This document shows positions 61,237 to 64,000 of a stretch of DNA of 64,000 nucleotides, in pieces. Below the pieces are notes generated by a model. It did no database searches. It saw nothing but the letters and a program-made list of their open reading frames with translations, and was not told where the DNA came from. Within the stretch, counting starts at the first letter, position 1, and every line of letters begins with the position of its first letter. The DNA comes from an uncultured delta proteobacterium (GTDB taxonomy: Bacteria; Desulfobacterota; Syntrophia; Syntrophales; Smithellaceae): positions 352,001 to 416,000 of the forward strand of contig CAVWEH010000005.1 of the NCBI GenBank assembly GCA_963753975.1, given 5' to 3'. The position numbers were made by a program, and so were the translations under genes.

Positions 61237-62366
61237 AGGCCTTCCTTTTTCAACAACAAATAGTTCAGTGATGTCAGCAAGATAAAAATAAACAGCAAAA
61301 CCGCCATACTCGGCCATAGGTAGGAAAATCCTGTATCGCGCAGATAGATGCCGCCTAAAATATCAATGTAGTATCTTGCCGGAACGATATAGGTTATAAC
61401 CTGCAAAAATTTAGGCATATTAATTATCGGAAAAACAAAATTAGAAAGAAGAACTGAAGGCAAATACGTGGTTAGAATTGCCACTTGATTGGCAATCAGT
61501 TGTGATTTTGTCGTCGTGGATATAAGCAAACCCAGCGATAGCGCCACGCCCAGATAAAGAGATGTAGCGACCATCATCAGGAAAAAATTGCCTTTCATCA
61601 CCACCCCAAAAAGGAGTTGCCCTAAAAGCATGGCGATTAAAACGTCGGTAAGCCCAATGAAAAAATAAGGGAAAGCCTTTCCCAATAGTAATTCCCCTGC
61701 CTTTACCGGCAGCGATTTAATCGTTTCCATTGTTCCATTTTCATATTCACGCGCGATGATGAGCGAGGTCAAAAGAGCGCCGACGATCATAATGATGATG
61801 GCGATGATTCCCGGTATAATGAAATTGCGGCTTTCCAAATCTTCGTTGAACCAGATGCGGATGCGTCCATCCACAGGAGGCATTATTTTTTCCATACCCT
61901 GGCGGTTGAGAAAGGAAAGCAGCAGTTTCTGATTGTATTGCTCGGTAAAAGCCGTCAAATAGCCGCGGATGATGCCGGCAAAATTAGGATCGCTCCCTTC
62001 AATCAAGATTTGTAACGGAGCTTCTCTATCGGCATGAATGTTTTTCATGAAATCGGGCGGAATAATAATGGCAACTGCCGCGGTATCACGGTCGAGATAA
62101 TAAACGGCATCTTTTGTCTGATTGAGCTGCGCGGCAATATGGAAATAAGGGGAAGCATCAAGTTTGCTGATGAAATCGCGGCTGAATTCCGATTTATCAT
62201 AATCAATAACAACCGTCTCCACGTTATCCACATCGAGGCTCAGTGCATAACCGAAAAGAATGATTAAAATTAGAGGAATGGCAAACGCCAGATAAAGACT
62301 GCGGTAGTCCCGGATCAGATGATAAATTTCTTTGCGGATAAGGGCTTTGAGCCTCAGTAAATTCAA
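61233..62366 (-). CDS. ABC-2 permease (YbhS-like)
   Basis: Motifs KE..HLIRD.RSL, LFGYALSLD, WFNEDLES and AREYENGTME. Confidence 0.9.
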   Translation of the reverse strand: MNLLRLKALIRKEIYHLIRDYRSLYLAFAIPLILIILFGYALSLDVDNVETVVIDYDKSEFSRDFISKLDASPYFHIAAQLNQTKDAVYYLDRDTAAVAIIIPPDFMKNIHADREAPLQILIEGSDPNFAGIIRGYLTAFTEQYNQKLLLSFLNRQGMEKIMPPVDGRIRIWFNEDLESRNFIIPGIIAIIIMIVGALLTSLIIAREYENGTMETIKSLPVKAGELLLGKAFPYFFIGLTDVLIAMLLGQLLFGVVMKGNFFLMMVATSLYLGVALSLGLLISTTTKSQLIANQVAILTTYLPSVLLSNFVFPIINMPKFLQVITYIVPARYYIDILGGIYLRDTGFSYLWPSMAVLLFIFILLTSLNYLLLKKEGL

Positions 62367-63125
62367 CTATTGTTCCTCGTCATTAAAGTTATAAAGGCGT
62401 CATTCAAATCCGCCTTCGGCTGATCGGGACAGGCGTCCGCAATAATTTCCGCGGGGCTGCCAGAAGCCACAATATTACCCTCATTGATCATAACGATCCG
62501 TTCACAAAAACGCGCTTCATCCATGTAGTGCGTAGTGACAAACACCGTAATACCGTCACGGGCAAGCTGCTCGAATAAAATTCCAGAAATGCTGACGAGT
62601 AATCGGATCAACGCCGGATGTCGGCTCATCTAAAACAAGCACTTCCGGCTTGTGTAAAAGCGAACAGCCGAGCGCCAGTCTTTGACGCCAGCCGGGTGGT
62701 AATTCTTTCGTTAAGCGATTTTTTTCTTCTTGCAGCTGTGTCATATTCAAAACCCAATCAATACGCTCCTCCCATTCATCCGGGGGAACGCTGTAAACGC
62801 CAAGATAAAAGCGCAAATTTTCGTAAGGTGTTAAATCTTCATATAAAGAGAATTTCTGCGACATATAACCGATGGAGTGCTTGATTTCTTCCGGCTCGGT
62901 CATGATGTCGTGTCCGGCGACCAAACCCGTACCGGAGGTAGGAGTGATAATGCCGCAAAGCATGCGGATGGTCGTGGATTTTCCGGAGCCGTTGGCGCCC
63001 AGAAATCCGAATATCTCACCTTTTTTTACGGAAAAAGTAATTTTATTGACGGCGATAAAATCGCCGAACTTCTTTTCCAGATTCGTAACTGAAATGGAAT
63101 CAGAACTGGAAAGTGTCATGGACAA
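62363..63125 (-). CDS. ABC ATPase (YbhF second-half-like), +1 frameshift near 62573
   Basis: GANGSGKSTT, GYMSQKFSLY and DEPTSGVDP; TTHYMDEA lies in the shifted frame. Confidence 0.85.
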
Positions 63126-63875
63126 GCTCCTTATCCACTTCCTTTATCCTCGCGATCATTGCTTCTTCCAGAGTTGCAAAATTATCGCGCATCACGCCGG
63201 GTGTTGATGATTCCAGAATGACGGCATTGTGCATCAGGGCGAGCTGATCGCATTTTTCGCCTTCGTCCAGATAGGCGGTGGAGACCAGAATTGTCATGCC
63301 TTCCTGTTTCATGTTGTCCAAAATTTCCCAGAATTCGTGCCGCGATACCGGATCAACGCCGTTTGTCGGTTCATCGAGAATCAGCAATTGCGGCTCATGC
63401 ACCAGAACGCAGGCCAGCCCCAGCTTTTGTTTCATGCCGCCGGAAAGATTACCGGCCAGCCTGTCCACAAAAGGCAGTAGATTGGAAAATCCCAGATATT
63501 TATCTTTTCGTCTTTTTTCTTTCGGCGCGGGGAATGGCAAAAATATCCATAAAAAAATCGATATTTTCTTCGACGGTACAAATCCTGATACAGGCCGAAA
63601 CGCTGCGGCATATAACCGATTATATTTTTAATTTTCCTCCGCTCGGTCAGAACATTAAGGCCGTTAACATAAATTTCACCCTGCGAAGGCTTGATCATTG
63701 TGGCAATCAGACGCAGAAGTGTTGATTTGCCGGCTCCGTCGGAACCAACTAAGCCGAAAATATTGCCGCTATCCACATTAAAAGAAACAGCTTTGACCGC
63801 TTCTACAAAATTGAAGCGCATCGAAATATTTTTGACTTCCACCATTGGCAGGGGATTTGATTGAGGCGCGATCAT
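63100..63875 (-). CDS. ABC ATPase (YbhF first-half-like), two +1 frameshifts (about 63578 and 63515)
   Basis: GSDGAGKST and GYMPQRFGLYQDL, then TVEENIDFF, then LSGGMKQKL and DEPT.GVDP across three frames. Confidence 0.85.
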
Positions 63876-63889
63876 CCGGTACTCCACTA

Positions 63890-64000
63890 TTACCGCAACA
63901 AAGCATCTGCAGGCATTCCCGACTTAAGTTCGAAGTCGGGATTAGCGTATGGATATTTTGACCAGATACACGAGCTTTACTCTTTCTTTTTTTGTCTGGA
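63890..64000 (-). CDS. 3' end of a HlyD/YbhG-like membrane fusion protein, +1 frameshift near 63947
   Basis: QTKKERVKLVYLVKISI / ANPDFELKSGMPADALLR*. Confidence 0.8.

Overview
A 64-kb, roughly 40-45% GC chromosomal window. Gene content and order suggest an anaerobic Desulfobacterota/deltaproteobacterium, Syntrophales/Smithella-like (inference). From left to right: a surface-polysaccharide block (methyltransferase, GT4, MBOAT plus AlgX/J-like protein, WbaP); a long minus-strand envelope operon (lysS-lolC/E-lolD-bamA-skp-lpxD-lpxA-gnnA-gnnB-lpxB-msbA-lpxK-lpxL-waaF-gmhB-heptosyltransferase-trm112); ssb, tatA, rodZ and suhB; a small accessory island between an intact and a truncated yjbQ, holding a DUF4145 gene and an unusual receiver/TM/12x Cys-repeat protein; an Mla/MCE ABC operon; small membrane proteins; NDH-2; three tRNAs; serS; murJ; a Liv-type ABC operon containing two family III CoA-transferases; yggU/yggT, proC, RNase E/G and a Sua5/YciO gene; cimA behind an unannotated Ile-rich leader-peptide attenuator; a CDF transporter; a lone integron cassette with a clear attC; a PAS protein; and a YbhGFSR-like efflux operon. 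The best candidates are the membrane-anchored receiver/Cys-repeat protein, the cimA Ile attenuator, the integrase-less cassette(s), and the apparent active/inactive CoA-transferase pair inside an uptake operon. Six +1 frameshifts, mostly near the right end, look like sequencing errors. All calls come from reading the sequence; no database searches were run.
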